DNA of 63,603 nt, the filler included, from Reticulomyxa filosa (taxonomy: Eukaryota; Protista; Foraminifera), in NCBI GenBank assembly GCA_000512085.1. It is 11 parts of 11 records of this genome, joined end to end, with 100 filler letters (N's around TTAATTAATTAA, not from the genome) between each part and the next. Parts side by side here need not be neighbours in the genome. Positions count along the whole stretch, not along the records: positions 54,674 to 63,603 come from ASPP01028356.1; 10 more parts are not named here. One strand, 5' to 3'. A program made the position numbers and the translations under genes. The notes under the pieces are model-generated. The model made no database searches, was not told the DNA's origin, and worked only from the letters and a program-made list of their open reading frames with translations. This document shows positions 62,300-63,603 of the stretch, in pieces (positions within the stretch are counted from its first letter, which is position 1; each line of letters begins with the position of its first letter).

Positions 62300-62440
62300 A
62301 ACTATATCCTTCCAATTTCTGTATCTTATAACCAGACTTTGTATCCTATAACCGAACTGTATTGTCACTTGAACACGATATAATTATTGGACCGTCTGGA
62401 AAATATTTTACTTCATTCATATCAGCTGAATGTCCTTTCG
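62300..62440 (-). pseudogene. Isolated WD40 repeat fragment
   Basis: KGHSADMNEVKYFPDGPIIISCSSDNTVRL*. Confidence 0.65.
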
Positions 62441-62621
62441 AAAGGATTAAACGAAGTAACAAGGGAAATTTATCAAGCTTAAAAAAATGTGCTAATCTTG
62501 AACATTCTTTGAGCAGTACATGTTATCAGTCAATAAAAAAAAAAGAAATTGAGTATCTTCATCTTTTTACGTACAAAAAAAGGGGTAAAATATGGAGTGA
62601 AAAAAAAAAATAAAAAAAATA

Positions 62622-63490
62622 ATGTTTCTATCAGAAGAAGAACAAGAAACCAGAGAAAAAAAGTTAATACTTGTGTCTCTTGACGAATGCTACAATAAAG
62701 ATTGGGTAACATTACTGAATAAGCAAGAGTTGTTGAAAAATTTCGAGTGTCTGTTATGTAAGCAAATTGCAAACAATGCAATGGAATTGACGTGTGACGA
62801 GCACGAAGAGCAGAAGGACGTATTATCGATAGGCGAGTCATGTTTGATGCAATGGTTAAAAGAGCAAAATAAGCAATGTCCTGTCGGGAAGCATGACAAG
62901 TGCAACTACGTAAAGGCCAAAGTAGTACGTCGGTGCGTGGACGAATTGACAGCAATCTGTCCTCGCGAGTTTGCACGTCAATTGGGCCAGAAGCAGGACC
63001 ACCAAATGAAAGAAGGGTATGCCACAACAGAGAAAAGCCCAGAGATGAAGCATTGCTGTACCTTTGAAGGAAAGATAAAAGAAATGAAAGAGCACTTGGA
63101 ACAATTCTGTCCATTGAAGCCTTTGGAATGCAAATTTAAGGCATTTGGATGCGATGAAGTCTTTTTCAGTTTCAATTTGGAACAGCACTTGCAGTCGCAA
63201 GTGCAGAAGCATTTGGATCTATTATGGGCTCACACTGGCATGATTCAGCAGAATCTCGATCAATGTCATCAAAAAGAAAAGGCTCAAACTGTAAAATTTT
63301 TTTTTACAATTTTTTTTTTGTATTCGTATTTGTATTTGTGACAAAAAAAAAAAAAAAAAAAAAAAAAAATTTAAAATGAAAGAAAATATTATGTTTGAAT
63401 TGGGTTTTCAATTGTGCACGATAGAATGAAATAGCGGCCTTGCAACTGAAAAATCGAAAGCAAGAAAAGGACATTGGAGCACTGAAAAAG
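62622..63490 (+). CDS. TRAF-like protein: variant RING, TRAF zinc finger, coiled coil (partial)
   Basis: FECLLCKQIANNAMELTCDEH..GESCL..CPVGKH; ICPREF; CTFEGKIKEMKEHLEQFCPL..CKFKAFGC..HL. Confidence 0.85.
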
Positions 63491-63570
63491 GAAAAAAAAA
63501 GACAAGCACAAAAATTAATAGTTATATAAATTAATGTGTTTGTTTACTTTTTTTTTTTATTTTTATTTTT

Positions 63571-63603
<33 letters not shown>

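Overview
The window is not one locus. It is 11 short contigs joined by an artificial linker (N44-TTAATTAATTAA-N44): 1-8494, 8595-17926, 18027-24463, 24564-26098, 26199-33550, 33651-34902, 35003-37603, 37704-47800, 47901-52418, 52519-54573 and 54674-63603. Nine contigs come from an AT-rich, intron-containing protist. Its gene style (expanded WD40, TRAF-like, Kelch-like, HSPA12-like and caspase-TPR families; many pseudogenes; poly-N/poly-Q) suggests a foraminiferan such as Reticulomyxa filosa, which is an inference. These contigs carry VAC14, a TAF12-like gene, NADH-cytochrome b5 reductase, RPAC1, GTPBP1/2, a Spg1/Tem1 GTPase and others. Two contigs are bacterial. 33651-34902 is GC-rich and encodes YnfA, a CMD/AhpD protein and an AraC-type regulator. 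18027-24463 is AT-rich and plasmid-like. It holds the 3' end of a minimal type I-F2 (I-Fv)-like CRISPR-Cas locus (cas5fv tail, cas6f, leader, three 28-bp repeats), a truncated IS3, a TraD-like remnant, orphan genes and hsp20/BON. The best candidate for an undescribed system lies 5.1 kb from that array: a stand-alone crRNA-like unit (18235-18311) with one intact Cas6f-type repeat, a 21-nt spacer instead of 32, and a second repeat remodelled into an extended hairpin. It may be a regulatory, antitoxin or anti-CRISPR guide for the I-F2 Cascade. All protein family calls are from motif recognition by eye; no searches were run.
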